A DNA stretch of 64,000 nt, taken from contig CAMNCH010000001.1 of assembly GCA_946534145.1 (NCBI GenBank), positions 32,089 through 96,088 on the forward strand, written 5' to 3'. The notes below the pieces were generated by a model, which saw only the letters and a program-made list of their open reading frames with translations, made no database searches and had not been told where the DNA came from. Shown here piece after piece: positions 1 through 9,744 of the stretch (position 1 is the first letter of the stretch; each line of letters opens with the position of its first letter). Origin of the DNA: an uncultured Lachnospiraceae bacterium (GTDB lineage Bacteria; Bacillota; Clostridia; Lachnospirales; Lachnospiraceae). A program made the position numbers and the translations under genes.

Positions 1-89
1 CCGTTGCTTTTTGAAACTTTCCTAAAGTATGATTGAACCATAGCAAACATTGATTGAGATTGATTATGTTATGGAGGGTTAATACTATT

Positions 90-2324
90 ATGAAAGTTGC
101 AAAAAGAGCGGTCTGTTTTATTTTTTCTCTTATTTTTGCCATAGGTATCAGCGGATGCGGAAAAGAAGCCGCATCCGTAGATGCGGGGCCTGAAAAGTCC
201 GCTTCCACCGATACGGAAGTAGCTTTGGAGGACGACGGCGTTTACCTTGCGACCATTGAAAAGAAAGTGCGCAGTAACGACGGCAGCACTTACGTAAGGT
301 TTATGTGTCAAAAAGGCGATAAGTCGTACTATATTGTCAGCATATATAATGAGGCCGAGCAGAGTTCCAGAGATTATATCAGGGAAATTGATTCTGAAAC
401 AGGGGAACAGACGGCTGAGGATATAGAAGTTTCATTCGAAGCGGAGAACACCTTTATTAATTACGTGGCCGCAACAGAAGACGGTTACATAGTTGTTGCC
501 GGCTCTTACGCTGAAAACAATCAGGCATTCTATATTGCCAGAGTTTCGCGTGACGGAAGCGTTGAGGATGAAAAATGTCTCTCCGATATGGTTGATTTGC
601 CGGAGGATACATATTTGTACAACGGTATGGTAAGCGACGGCGTCTACACTTACATTCCTTTTACCGACAGGCTGATTGTACTTAATGAGCAATTGAATTA
701 CAAAAAAACTTTGTCCAACGGCGGCAATGCAAATATGTGTCTTGGCAGTGACGGAATTCTTTATTTTACGGAAGGCTACAACGGCGATGTATCGGCTTAC
801 GATCCGAAGGCGGATAAAGTGACGGAAAAAGTATTTTCTGCCTCCAACTCATCAAGAATCTATACCGGAGCCGAGAATGAATTGCTGATAGCTTCCAACT
901 CATCCCTTAAAAGCTATGACATAAAGACCGGCGCCGTTACCAAACTGTTTGACTTTCTTGATGTTAATATAAATACCCAGATGTTTGATACTATTTACAG
1001 AAGCAAAGACGGTGATATTCATATTCTTTTTAATGAATTCGAACAGTCCGTCGAAGAATATGAAGGTGAGACAATAACAGTAAGTGTTGCCACTCCATAT
1101 GAAGCGGTTGTAAAAAGATATGAACCCGGCTCCGTTCCCGAAATTGCGGAAATTAAGCTTGCATGCTTCTACGCCAACCCCGACATAAAATCTGCGGTTA
1201 ATGAGTTTAACATGGCTCATTCGGACATCAGGGCCAAGATTAAGTGCTATTCCGATGACTACCCGGATTATCAGGCCATGAACGAAGCCTTCAACAAAGA
1301 CCTGTTAAACGGCGAAAAATACGACGTAATAATGTTCAGCTATCAGAATACAGCCGCTTATGTGGAAAAAGGACTTCTTGAAAATCTTATGGACTACATT
1401 TCAAAGGATCCTTCTTTTGACACGAACGATTATTTTGAAAATATTCTTTTTGCTGAGAAGGACGGAGATAAGTTATACAGCATTACATCTACGGCCTCAA
1501 TTGACGGATTTATAGGCTCAACCGAAATCTTTGGGGACAAAGAAAAGCTTTCTTTTGATGACATAGTAAGGGCAAGGAAGGAGTTTCCCGACATTCCGTT
1601 CATATCAAACTATAATTACGATGTCATATTCTTTAACGCTTTGTTGGATGGCGATTACAGAGTTTTTCTCGGCGGCAAAGAAGGAGAGTATAACTTTGAC
1701 ACCGACGAATTCAGAAAGCTGTGCGAGATTTCCGCTACCTTCCAAAGAATGCCCGAGGATATCGTATACTTTCATGACGGATATGACGGTTTCTCAGACG
1801 GCAGTGTGGTAATCGGAAAAGAAAACTACTACAGCACCGATGCATACTTAAGGGCTCGGTCCGCAGGCAAAAATATTAGGTCCTACGGCGGTCCTTCACT
1901 GGACGGAAACGGATACATCCTGAATAACTCCGAAGGATTTTCCTTAAGTTCATTAAGCAATCACAAAGAAGAAGCCTGGGAGCTTATAAAGTGCCTCCTT
2001 AAAGCCATACCCGATTATTCCAACGGATTCAGAGCCAGTAAAGAAGCTTTCAAAGCCGACGTGGAACAAATGCGTGCAAGAGCGAAAAACGGTATGACGG
2101 TTTATATGGGTGACAGGAAGTATGTTCTTTATATGGAGGAGGGCGACGAGGAAATCCTGGAAGAAATGGTGAAAAATGCCACAGTCACAAAAAGTATTGA
2201 CGGTATGGTATGGAATATCATTTATGAGGAAATCCAACCTTATTTTGCAAAACAAAAATCTCTTGACGATGTTATAAAAGTAATGCAAAGCAGGGTTAAC
2301 CTGTACCTTGCAGAAAAAGAGTAG
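90..2324 (+). CDS. Large lipoprotein: N-terminal beta-rich (propeller-like) region plus C-terminal extracellular solute-binding domain
   Basis: GGAGG at 73-77 favours ATG 90 over ORF-track start 54. Signal peptide with lipobox (IGISGC). C-terminal SBP-like segments (YDVIMF, KGLLENL, HKEEAWELIK, KSLDDVIKVMQSRVNLY). Confidence 0.8.
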   Translation: MKVAKRAVCFIFSLIFAIGISGCGKEAASVDAGPEKSASTDTEVALEDDGVYLATIEKKVRSNDGSTYVRFMCQKGDKSYYIVSIYNEAEQSSRDYIREIDSETGEQTAEDIEVSFEAENTFINYVAATEDGYIVVAGSYAENNQAFYIARVSRDGSVEDEKCLSDMVDLPEDTYLYNGMVSDGVYTYIPFTDRLIVLNEQLNYKKTLSNGGNANMCLGSDGILYFTEGYNGDVSAYDPKADKVTEKVFSASNSSRIYTGAENELLIASNSSLKSYDIKTGAVTKLFDFLDVNINTQMFDTIYRSKDGDIHILFNEFEQSVEEYEGETITVSVATPYEAVVKRYEPGSVPEIAEIKLACFYANPDIKSAVNEFNMAHSDIRAKIKCYSDDYPDYQAMNEAFNKDLLNGEKYDVIMFSYQNTAAYVEKGLLENLMDYISKDPSFDTNDYFENILFAEKDGDKLYSITSTASIDGFIGSTEIFGDKEKLSFDDIVRARKEFPDIPFISNYNYDVIFFNALLDGDYRVFLGGKEGEYNFDTDEFRKLCEISATFQRMPEDIVYFHDGYDGFSDGSVVIGKENYYSTDAYLRARSAGKNIRSYGGPSLDGNGYILNNSEGFSLSSLSNHKEEAWELIKCLLKAIPDYSNGFRASKEAFKADVEQMRARAKNGMTVYMGDRKYVLYMEEGDEEILEEMVKNATVTKSIDGMVWNIIYEEIQPYFAKQKSLDDVIKVMQSRVNLYLAEKE

Positions 2325-2358
2325 TACGATAATACTGTTTATAAGAGGGGTATGAGTT

Positions 2359-4563
2359 GTGAAACACGTTAAAGCGTTACTCGCTTTTTTGACATTGCTT
2401 ATCATGGCGTCGGGAGTGTCGGGATGCTCGCATGACGGTGGTTCTGCCGATGATAAGGCTTCTGCCGACGCAGATAAAACAGGCTCCTTTGTCTTAGAGG
2501 ACGACGGAGTCTATTTGGCGACCATAAGCGGGATAAGTGTAAGTGACGAAGATGTTCAATATGCACGATTTGCTTTTGCAAGGGACGGCAAAGTTTATTT
2601 TATTGTTTCGGTGATGGATGAGGAAACCGGGGACAGTACGGACTGTCTGAGATGCTTTGATGAGGTTACCGGGGAGATTGTGGGAGAAGATGTTTATTTT
2701 ACCGATGAAGAGGAAGAATTGAACGTCTTTGACATTGCACCCTGCGGTGATGACGGATACGTTTTTTTCGCCATGAATTATCCCGATAAGTGGCTGGGGA
2801 AATGTTCTTTGGACGGCAAGGTGATACTGAAAAAGAAGTTAAGTGACATCCCCGAGATAGGCTCCGGAGAGGTTCCCCGCGGCGGAATTGTATGTGACGG
2901 AAAGAATACGTACATAAGGCTTGACAAAAAAGTCGTTGCTCTTAACGAGGAGTTTAAGTATATCGATACGGCTGCCAAATTCGACATAGGTGGAATATGC
3001 GCGGGAGACGACGGGCTTTTGTATAGCGTGGATTTTTTAAGCAACAATATGAGCACCTTCGACCCGAAGACCTGCAAATATGAGGAGGGAATCAAAAAGA
3101 TTCCGAGAGCCAATGAAGTCTTTAAAGGCGGCCCGGGAGAAATACTGATAACCAATAATTCAACCGTAAAAAGCTATGATATTGCAACGGGCTGTATTAC
3201 AAATCTTTTTAATCTGATAGATGTGGATATCAATTCGCAGATTTTCAAATCGGTGTACAGGGATGACGAAGGCGATTTACATATTCTTTATCAGGATTAC
3301 GGCTCTTTTGCCGACGGTTCGGAAGGTGTCTGCTGCGCGAAGGTTAAAAGGTACGATGCGGCGGATGCTCCGGAGCAAAAAGTAATAAGATTTGCCTGCT
3401 ATTATCTTAACAGTGATATTAAAAACGTAATAGTCAGATTTAATCAGTCCCATCCCGATGTCAGAATCAAAGTCAGGGCTTACATGGATGATTACGTGGA
3501 AAAAGAAGACATACTTGCGGCCTTTGACAAGGATATCCTCGATAATGAAAAATTCGATGTGGTGATGCTCCCTTACGAGAATGTTAAGAAGTATTCCTCC
3601 AAAGGCTTTTTCGAAGATCTGATGCCTGTAATGGAGAATGATTCTTCTTTTGACTTAAACAAATATTACGAAAACATCATTTTTGCCACAAAAGAAGGAG
3701 AGAAACTTTATACATTTACCCCCGGAGCGATAATAAGCTGTTACCTTGCGGATTCGGAAGTATTCGGGGACAAAGAAAAACTTACCATTTATGATATGGC
3801 GGAGGCCAGAAGCAAATATCCCGATATACCGTTTATCAATAACGGGGACAGGGATGAGGTCTTTGCGGCATTATTGAAGGATGATATACGTGCTTATGTG
3901 GGAGACAAAGAAGGCAAGTACAATTTTGATACCAAAGAATTCAGGGCACTTTGTGAGTTTGCGGCTTCTTTTCCCGACTGGACCGATGAATACTCCGAGA
4001 AATACTCGTGGGACAATGTTTCCAATGAAAATGTGAAAGATGGCAAAGAAATAATCAGAAAAGTAACGGCCTCCATGCCGTCGGATTATCTTTTAAACAT
4101 GAAAATCTGCGGAAAGAAGTTCCGGATTTACGGCGCGGATACCCGGAACGTAAAAGGTTATGTGCTTTTGCCGTCCGATTCTTTCGGCATTCATTTTAAA
4201 AGCGAGCACAAAGAAGAAGCATGGGAGTTTATCAAGGCTATAGCCGACAGAGAACCGATGCTGTCGTGGAGTATTTTTTCGGCAAACAAAGATACTTTTG
4301 AAAAGTGCCTTACAGAGCTGCGGGAAGAGGGCGTCAATATCATGGTGGACGAAGTCTTATACGAAATAAAAGCCACAGATGAGAATGCGGCTTTATTAAG
4401 GGACATGATAGAGAATGCCGAGGTTGCTAAGACTTTGGACGGGCCGGTTATGGATATAATCGCAGGAGAAATGCCGGCGTATTTTGCAGGTGAAAAATCT
4501 TTGGATGAGACCATAAAGATTATTCAAAAGAGGGTTAATCTTTACGTCGAAGAAAACAGATAA
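2359..4563 (+). CDS. Tandem paralog of the preceding large solute-binding lipoprotein
   Basis: GTG start after GAGGGG. Lipobox GVSGC. Same architecture; shared LEDDGVYLATI, HKEEAWE and KSLD..IK..Q.RVNLY motifs. Confidence 0.8.
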   Translation: MKHVKALLAFLTLLIMASGVSGCSHDGGSADDKASADADKTGSFVLEDDGVYLATISGISVSDEDVQYARFAFARDGKVYFIVSVMDEETGDSTDCLRCFDEVTGEIVGEDVYFTDEEEELNVFDIAPCGDDGYVFFAMNYPDKWLGKCSLDGKVILKKKLSDIPEIGSGEVPRGGIVCDGKNTYIRLDKKVVALNEEFKYIDTAAKFDIGGICAGDDGLLYSVDFLSNNMSTFDPKTCKYEEGIKKIPRANEVFKGGPGEILITNNSTVKSYDIATGCITNLFNLIDVDINSQIFKSVYRDDEGDLHILYQDYGSFADGSEGVCCAKVKRYDAADAPEQKVIRFACYYLNSDIKNVIVRFNQSHPDVRIKVRAYMDDYVEKEDILAAFDKDILDNEKFDVVMLPYENVKKYSSKGFFEDLMPVMENDSSFDLNKYYENIIFATKEGEKLYTFTPGAIISCYLADSEVFGDKEKLTIYDMAEARSKYPDIPFINNGDRDEVFAALLKDDIRAYVGDKEGKYNFDTKEFRALCEFAASFPDWTDEYSEKYSWDNVSNENVKDGKEIIRKVTASMPSDYLLNMKICGKKFRIYGADTRNVKGYVLLPSDSFGIHFKSEHKEEAWEFIKAIADREPMLSWSIFSANKDTFEKCLTELREEGVNIMVDEVLYEIKATDENAALLRDMIENAEVAKTLDGPVMDIIAGEMPAYFAGEKSLDETIKIIQKRVNLYVEENR

Positions 4564-4673
4564 TTACAAGATTTCGTATACTTTCGACTTTTATACCACA
4601 ACAGAATGTGGACTTTAACACGTTAAAGACACAACATGTGGTAAAAAAATATAAGGCTCTACGCAAGATATTG

Positions 4674-4702
4674 TTGTAATATTTTTTTGAAAATGTTATA
4701 AT
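4674..4702 (+). promoter_or_regulatory. SigA-type promoter of the BMP/nucleoside ABC operon
   Basis: TTGTAA (4674-79), 17 bp, TATAAT (4697-4702) with extended TGn. Confidence 0.7.
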
Positions 4703-4704
4703 CA

Positions 4705-4732
4705 TGACGCATGGACAAGTGTTCATGCGTCA
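4705..4732. promoter_or_regulatory. 12-bp-arm inverted repeat over the predicted transcription start; candidate repressor operator
   Basis: TGACGCATGGAC-AAGT-GTTCATGCGTCA immediately after the -10. Confidence 0.5.
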
Positions 4733-4758
4733 AACTTTTTAGTGGGAGGAACACTTAA

Positions 4759-5835
4759 ATGAAAAAAATTGTATCACTTATGCTTGCGTTAGTGATGGTT
4801 GCTTCTCTTTGCACCGGTTGCGGTGAGAAGAAAGCAGACGGCACCTATGAGATCGCACTTGTTACAGACGTTGGTAACATCGATGACAAGTCCTTTAACC
4901 AGGGTGCATGGGAAGGCGTTAAGAAGTACGCTGAAGACAACAAAAAGTCTTACAACTACTATCGTCCTTCAGAGGACTCTACCGAAGCTCGTGTAGAGAC
5001 CATCAAGCAGGCTATTGACAAGGGCGCTAAGGTTGTTGTTTGCCCCGGTTACTTATTCGAAGATGCTATCTACGAAGTACAGGACAAGTACGCTGACGTT
5101 CAGTTCTTACTTCTTGACGGCGAGCCTCACAATGCAGACTACTCCGATTACAAGACCGCAGCCAACACCCACAACATCCTTTACAAAGAAGAGCAGGCCG
5201 GCTATCTTGCAGGTTACGCAGCAGTTAAGGAAGGCTACAGAAAGCTTGGTTTCCTTGGCGGTATGGCAGTTCCCGCAGTTATTCGTTACGGCTACGGCTT
5301 CGTTCAGGGTGCTAATGATGCAGCTGTTGAACTTGGCGTAGAAGGCGATGTTTCCATGAAGTACTGGTACTGTGGCGGATTCGCTCCCAGCGATGACATC
5401 AAGACCAAGATGTCCGGTTGGTATACAGCAGGCACAGAAGTAGTATTCTCCTGTGGCGGCGGTATCTACCTTTCCTGTACCGCAGCAGCAGAAGCAGCAG
5501 GCGCTAAGGTTATCGGCGTTGACGTTGACCAGTCCGCAGAATCTGCTACCATTATTACTTCAGCTATGAAGGAACTTGCTAACTCAGTAGTTTTGGCACT
5601 TACCGATCTTTACAAGAACGGTGGCACATGGCCCGCAGACCTTGGCGGAAAGACTTCCGTACTCGGCGCAGTTGAAAACTGTGTAGGCCTTCCTACAGCT
5701 ACATGGAGCCTTAAGAACTTCTCCGTTGACGAATACAAGGCATTATTCGAAGACGTTAAGAGCGGAAAAGTTGCTATTTCCAATTCTACAGAAGCAGCTC
5801 CCGATGTTAAGATTTCTGTTGATTATCAGGAGTAA
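4759..5835 (+). CDS. BMP-family (PnrA/BmpA-like) purine/nucleoside-binding lipoprotein
   Basis: Lipobox LCTGC; ALVTDVGNIDDKSFNQGAWEG, YKEEQAGYLAG, VIGVDVDQ. Confidence 0.93.
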   Translation: MKKIVSLMLALVMVASLCTGCGEKKADGTYEIALVTDVGNIDDKSFNQGAWEGVKKYAEDNKKSYNYYRPSEDSTEARVETIKQAIDKGAKVVVCPGYLFEDAIYEVQDKYADVQFLLLDGEPHNADYSDYKTAANTHNILYKEEQAGYLAGYAAVKEGYRKLGFLGGMAVPAVIRYGYGFVQGANDAAVELGVEGDVSMKYWYCGGFAPSDDIKTKMSGWYTAGTEVVFSCGGGIYLSCTAAAEAAGAKVIGVDVDQSAESATIITSAMKELANSVVLALTDLYKNGGTWPADLGGKTSVLGAVENCVGLPTATWSLKNFSVDEYKALFEDVKSGKVAISNSTEAAPDVKISVDYQE

Positions 5836-5862
5836 TCCTTTCAGGGTTTAAGTAAAATACAC

Positions 5863-5903
5863 GGAGGATGTTGCAACATTGTTTGGCGGCATCCTCCTTT
5901 TTT
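5863..5903 (+). terminator. Intra-operon hairpin/terminator after the BMP gene
   Basis: GGAGGATGTTGC ... GCGGCATCCTCC followed by TTTTTT. Confidence 0.7.
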
Positions 5904-5918
5904 CCAGAAGAGGTATGT

Positions 5919-7469
5919 ATGAGCGATTATGTAATTGAGATGCTGAACATCACCAAAAGATTTCCCGGTATTGTAGCCAATGACAATATCACCCTGCAGC
6001 TTAAAAAAGGTGAGGTTCATGCTCTGCTGGGGGAGAACGGCGCAGGCAAGTCTACGCTTATGAGCGTTTTATTCGGACTTTACCAGCCGGAAGAAGGATG
6101 TATTAAGAAAAACGGTGAAGTGGTCAAGATTAACGACCCCAATGATGCCAATGCGCTTCATATCGGTATGGTTCACCAGCATTTTAAGTTAGTCGAGTGT
6201 TTTTCCGTTCTCGACAATATTATTCTGGGCGTTGAGCCCAACAAGATGGGCTTTCTTCAGAAAAAAGAAGCCCGTGCGAAAGTACTTGAATTAAGCGAAA
6301 AATACGGGCTTAAGGTAGATCCCGATGCCCTTATCGAAGATATATCGGTAGGTATGCAGCAGCGTGTAGAGATTTTAAAGATGCTTTACCGCGAGAATGA
6401 AATTCTTATTTTCGACGAACCTACCGCAGTTTTGACTCCTCAGGAAATCGACGAACTCATGGAAATCATGAGAGGCTTCAAGGCTGAGGGCAAATCCATT
6501 CTTTTTATCACACACAAATTAAACGAAATCATGGCAGTTGCAGACCGTTGTACCGTACTTCGTAAGGGTAAATACATCGGTACCGTTAACGTTGCCGATA
6601 CCACCAAAGAAGAACTTTCCAAGATGATGGTAGGCCGTAACGTTAACTTCAAGGTAGACAAATGCGACTGTAAGCCCGGCGAAGTTGTATTTAAGGCAGA
6701 ACACGTTACCGTACCTTCCAAGCTTCACAAGAAGAATGCGGTCAATGACGTTTCTTTGGAAGTTCGCGCAGGCGAGATAGTATGTCTTGCGGGTATCGAA
6801 GGCAACGGCCAGACCGAGTTTGTACAGGGTATCACCGGTCTTACCAAGATGTCTGCCGGCCGTATCGAGCTCCTGGGCAAGGACATTACCAATGCCAGCA
6901 TTCGTGAAAAATCCATTATGGGTATCAGCCACATTCCCGAAGACAGACACAAACATGGACTTGTGCTTGACTACTCCTTGGAACAGAACTTGGTGCTTCA
7001 GCAGTACTGGGAGCCCCAGTTCCAGCACCACGGCTTTATTAAACAGCAGGCTGTAAGAGAGTACGCTGAGAAGCTTATTGAACAGTTCGACGTTCGAAGC
7101 GGACAGGGCCCCATCACCACAGCCCGCAGCATGTCAGGCGGTAACCAGCAGAAAGCCATTATCGCCCGCGAAATCAGCAAAGATCCCAAGCTTTTGGTGG
7201 CTGTTCAGCCTACCAGAGGTCTGGATGTAGGTGCTATAGAATACATTCACAAACAGTTAGTCAAAGAAAGAGACGAAGGCAAAGCAGTCCTTCTTATTTC
7301 TCTTGAACTTGACGAAGTTATGAATGTCAGCGACAGAATACTTGTTATGTATGAAGGCGAAATAGTGGGAGAATTCGATCCCAAGACCGTTACGGTTCAG
7401 GAGCTTGGTCTTTACATGGCCGGCGCCAAGAGACAGGACGGCAAAACCGGCAGGAAGGAGGAAGCTTAA
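5919..7469 (+). CDS. Nucleoside/sugar ABC transporter ATP-binding protein (tandem NBD, NupA-like)
   Basis: GENGAGKST Walker A, FDEPT, second half MSGGNQQK and QPTRGLD. RBS GAGG supports ATG 5919. Confidence 0.93.
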   Translation: MSDYVIEMLNITKRFPGIVANDNITLQLKKGEVHALLGENGAGKSTLMSVLFGLYQPEEGCIKKNGEVVKINDPNDANALHIGMVHQHFKLVECFSVLDNIILGVEPNKMGFLQKKEARAKVLELSEKYGLKVDPDALIEDISVGMQQRVEILKMLYRENEILIFDEPTAVLTPQEIDELMEIMRGFKAEGKSILFITHKLNEIMAVADRCTVLRKGKYIGTVNVADTTKEELSKMMVGRNVNFKVDKCDCKPGEVVFKAEHVTVPSKLHKKNAVNDVSLEVRAGEIVCLAGIEGNGQTEFVQGITGLTKMSAGRIELLGKDITNASIREKSIMGISHIPEDRHKHGLVLDYSLEQNLVLQQYWEPQFQHHGFIKQQAVREYAEKLIEQFDVRSGQGPITTARSMSGGNQQKAIIAREISKDPKLLVAVQPTRGLDVGAIEYIHKQLVKERDEGKAVLLISLELDEVMNVSDRILVMYEGEIVGEFDPKTVTVQELGLYMAGAKRQDGKTGRKEEA

Positions 7470-7471
7470 TC

Positions 7472-8635
7472 ATGAAACAGTATTTCAAGAGTAAAGGCTT
7501 CATAACCGTTCTTGCTTCGGTTATATCCATTCTTGTGGGTCTTCTTATCGGCTTTATTTTGCTGATAGTATTCAATCCCGCATATGCGCTTGGCGGACTT
7601 GGCAGCATCATCACCAAAGGCCTTTCAAGTTCAGACAAATTTGCAAAAGTTTTGTATCAGGCGGCTCCCCTTATTATGACGGGTCTTTCCGTAGGCTTTG
7701 CTTTTAAGACCGGTCTTTTCAACATCGGCGCTACCGGACAGTATACCGTCGGTGCGTTCTGTGCACTTGTGGCAGGCGTACAGTTCCGGTTACCCTGGTG
7801 GGTATGCCTTATCGCAGCCATGATAGGCGGAGCGGTTTGGGGCTTCATCCCCGGCATCTGTAAGGCACTCTTTAACGTTAACGAAGTTATTACATCCATC
7901 ATGTTTAACTGGCTCGGCCTGTTCATGGTTAACTTACTTCTTAACAACATGCCCATGATGCTTGCCAATTACTGGGGCGCTTCCAACAAAGACCGTACCG
8001 CGGCTCTTGCCTCGGCCAATCCTTCGGCCATCATTCCGAAGCTGGGCCTTGACAAACTCTTTGATTCCAACTACATGAATATTTCAATATTCATTGCGGT
8101 TTTGATAGCTGTTTTAATCTTCATCATTCTTGAGAAGATGACCTTCGGTTACGAATTAAAGGCCTGCGGCTTCAACAAAGACGCCAGCATTTACGCAGGT
8201 ATCAATGCCAAAAGAAACATCGTTCTTTCAATGGTAATCTCCGGTGCCCTTGCAGGTATCGGCGGCGGCATCTACTACCTCAGCGGTACCGCCCAGTACA
8301 CCATTGTTAAGTCCCTTCTTTCCATGGGCTTTAACGGTATCCCCGTAGCACTTCTCGGTGCATCAAGCCCCATCGGTATCATCTTTGCGGCATTGTTTAT
8401 TTCCTATATTCAGGTAGGTGGAGAAGCCCTTCAGCCCGAATATGCGAAAGAAATCATCGACATTATCATTGCAGTTATTATTTACCTGAGCGCGTTCTCA
8501 CTTCTTGTTAAGAACATTCTCGGTAAGTTCATTAAGACCGACACCGGCAACGTTAATGCGGAGGGTCCTGCCAAAGAACCTCCCAAGCCAGAACCGGAGA
8601 AGGCCACTGAAGAGAAAGGAGGGAACGAGCAATGA
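7472..8635 (+). CDS. Nucleoside ABC transporter permease (NupB-like)
   Basis: GLFNIGATGQ, NEVITSIM, GFNGIPVALLG; multiple hydrophobic segments. Confidence 0.92.
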   Translation: MKQYFKSKGFITVLASVISILVGLLIGFILLIVFNPAYALGGLGSIITKGLSSSDKFAKVLYQAAPLIMTGLSVGFAFKTGLFNIGATGQYTVGAFCALVAGVQFRLPWWVCLIAAMIGGAVWGFIPGICKALFNVNEVITSIMFNWLGLFMVNLLLNNMPMMLANYWGASNKDRTAALASANPSAIIPKLGLDKLFDSNYMNISIFIAVLIAVLIFIILEKMTFGYELKACGFNKDASIYAGINAKRNIVLSMVISGALAGIGGGIYYLSGTAQYTIVKSLLSMGFNGIPVALLGASSPIGIIFAALFISYIQVGGEALQPEYAKEIIDIIIAVIIYLSAFSLLVKNILGKFIKTDTGNVNAEGPAKEPPKPEPEKATEEKGGNEQ

Positions 8636-9627
8636 GCTGGACATCAATATTAGCCGATCTTATCGGCGCCACAATCCTTTTTGCGGTACCCCTTCTTTTG
8701 GTAGCTCTCGGCGGTATGTTCTCAGAGCGAAGCGGTGTTATCAACATCGCACTTGAAGGTATCATGATAGTAGGTGCGCTGTGCAGCTGTCTTACCCTCG
8801 TGGGACTTGACAAGTCAGGCTTCGGCGCGGCTCATCCCCAGCTTGGTATGTTAATCGCTATCCTGGTGGCTGCGGCTTCCGGAGCGGTATTCTCACTGCT
8901 TCTTGCTTTTGCCTCCATCAACCTTCGTGCCGACCAGACCATCGGCGGTACAGCCCTTAACATGCTGGCACCCGCATTTGCAATCGTTCTTACCTGGGCG
9001 GTTCAGGGACAGGGTCAGACCACCATTTTAATCCCCACCTGGACACGTATCACTCAGGACAATTTCGGAATCGAGAAGGCAGATACTTTCTTCCAGAACT
9101 TAATCTTTAAGAGCTTTTACCTTACAACCGTTGTAGCGGTAATCCTCTTTATCTGTGCATACGTGCTTATGTACAAGACCCGTTTCGGATTAAGACTTCG
9201 TTCCTGCGGTGAGCATCCTCAGGCAGCGGATTCCGTAGGTATCAACGTATTCAAGATGAGATACGCAGGCGTTATTATTTCCGGATGCCTCGGCGGTATC
9301 GGCGGTCTTGCATTTACGGTTGCAGCCGGAAGCGGATTCCAGTCCTCCGTAGCAGGTTACGGTTTCCTTGCTTTGGCCGTTATGATTTTCGGTAACTGGA
9401 AGCCTTTCACCATCCTTGGTGCATCCTTGTTCTTTGCACTCTTTAAGATTATCGGTTCCTACAGTGACAGCATTCCGTTCCTGCCAAGCTTCAAGAACGT
9501 TAACTCAAGCGAGTATATTTACCTTATGCTCCCTTATGTTGTTACCATGATAGTGCTGATTCTTACATCCAAACATTCACGTGCACCCAAAGCCGAAGGT
9601 ATTCCTTACGACAAGGGCACAAGATAA
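8632..9627 (+). CDS. Nucleoside ABC transporter permease (NupC-like)
   Basis: SERSGVINIALEG, GLRLRSCGEHPQAADSVG, GYGFLALAVMIFGNWKP; ATGA overlap. Confidence 0.92.
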   Translation: MSWTSILADLIGATILFAVPLLLVALGGMFSERSGVINIALEGIMIVGALCSCLTLVGLDKSGFGAAHPQLGMLIAILVAAASGAVFSLLLAFASINLRADQTIGGTALNMLAPAFAIVLTWAVQGQGQTTILIPTWTRITQDNFGIEKADTFFQNLIFKSFYLTTVVAVILFICAYVLMYKTRFGLRLRSCGEHPQAADSVGINVFKMRYAGVIISGCLGGIGGLAFTVAAGSGFQSSVAGYGFLALAVMIFGNWKPFTILGASLFFALFKIIGSYSDSIPFLPSFKNVNSSEYIYLMLPYVVTMIVLILTSKHSRAPKAEGIPYDKGTR

Positions 9628-9640
9628 ATACTGTAATTAC

Positions 9641-9679
9641 GAGGCCGGGACGCGCAAGCACCCCGGTCTTGTTTTTTTT
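9641..9679 (+). terminator. Intrinsic terminator
   Basis: GAGGCCGGG...CCCGGTCTT stem followed by a T8 run. Confidence 0.8.
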
Positions 9680-9744
9680 ATGTTAATGATAACAACTTAT
9701 AATGATTATGTTTGGGGGATTTATTGTGTTTAAGGGAATTGTTG

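Noticed and set aside
4592-4643. Imperfect long palindrome (TACCACA...CTTTAAC-AC-GTTAAAG...TGTGGTA)
   Set aside because: Gapped, AT-rich, with no U-tract on either strand; at most a weak terminator or stabiliser.
4564-4758. Purine riboswitch upstream of the BMP operon
   Set aside because: Only a TCGTATA fragment is present; the AATATGG, GTTTCTACC and CCGTAAA elements are missing, and the promoter lies downstream of it.
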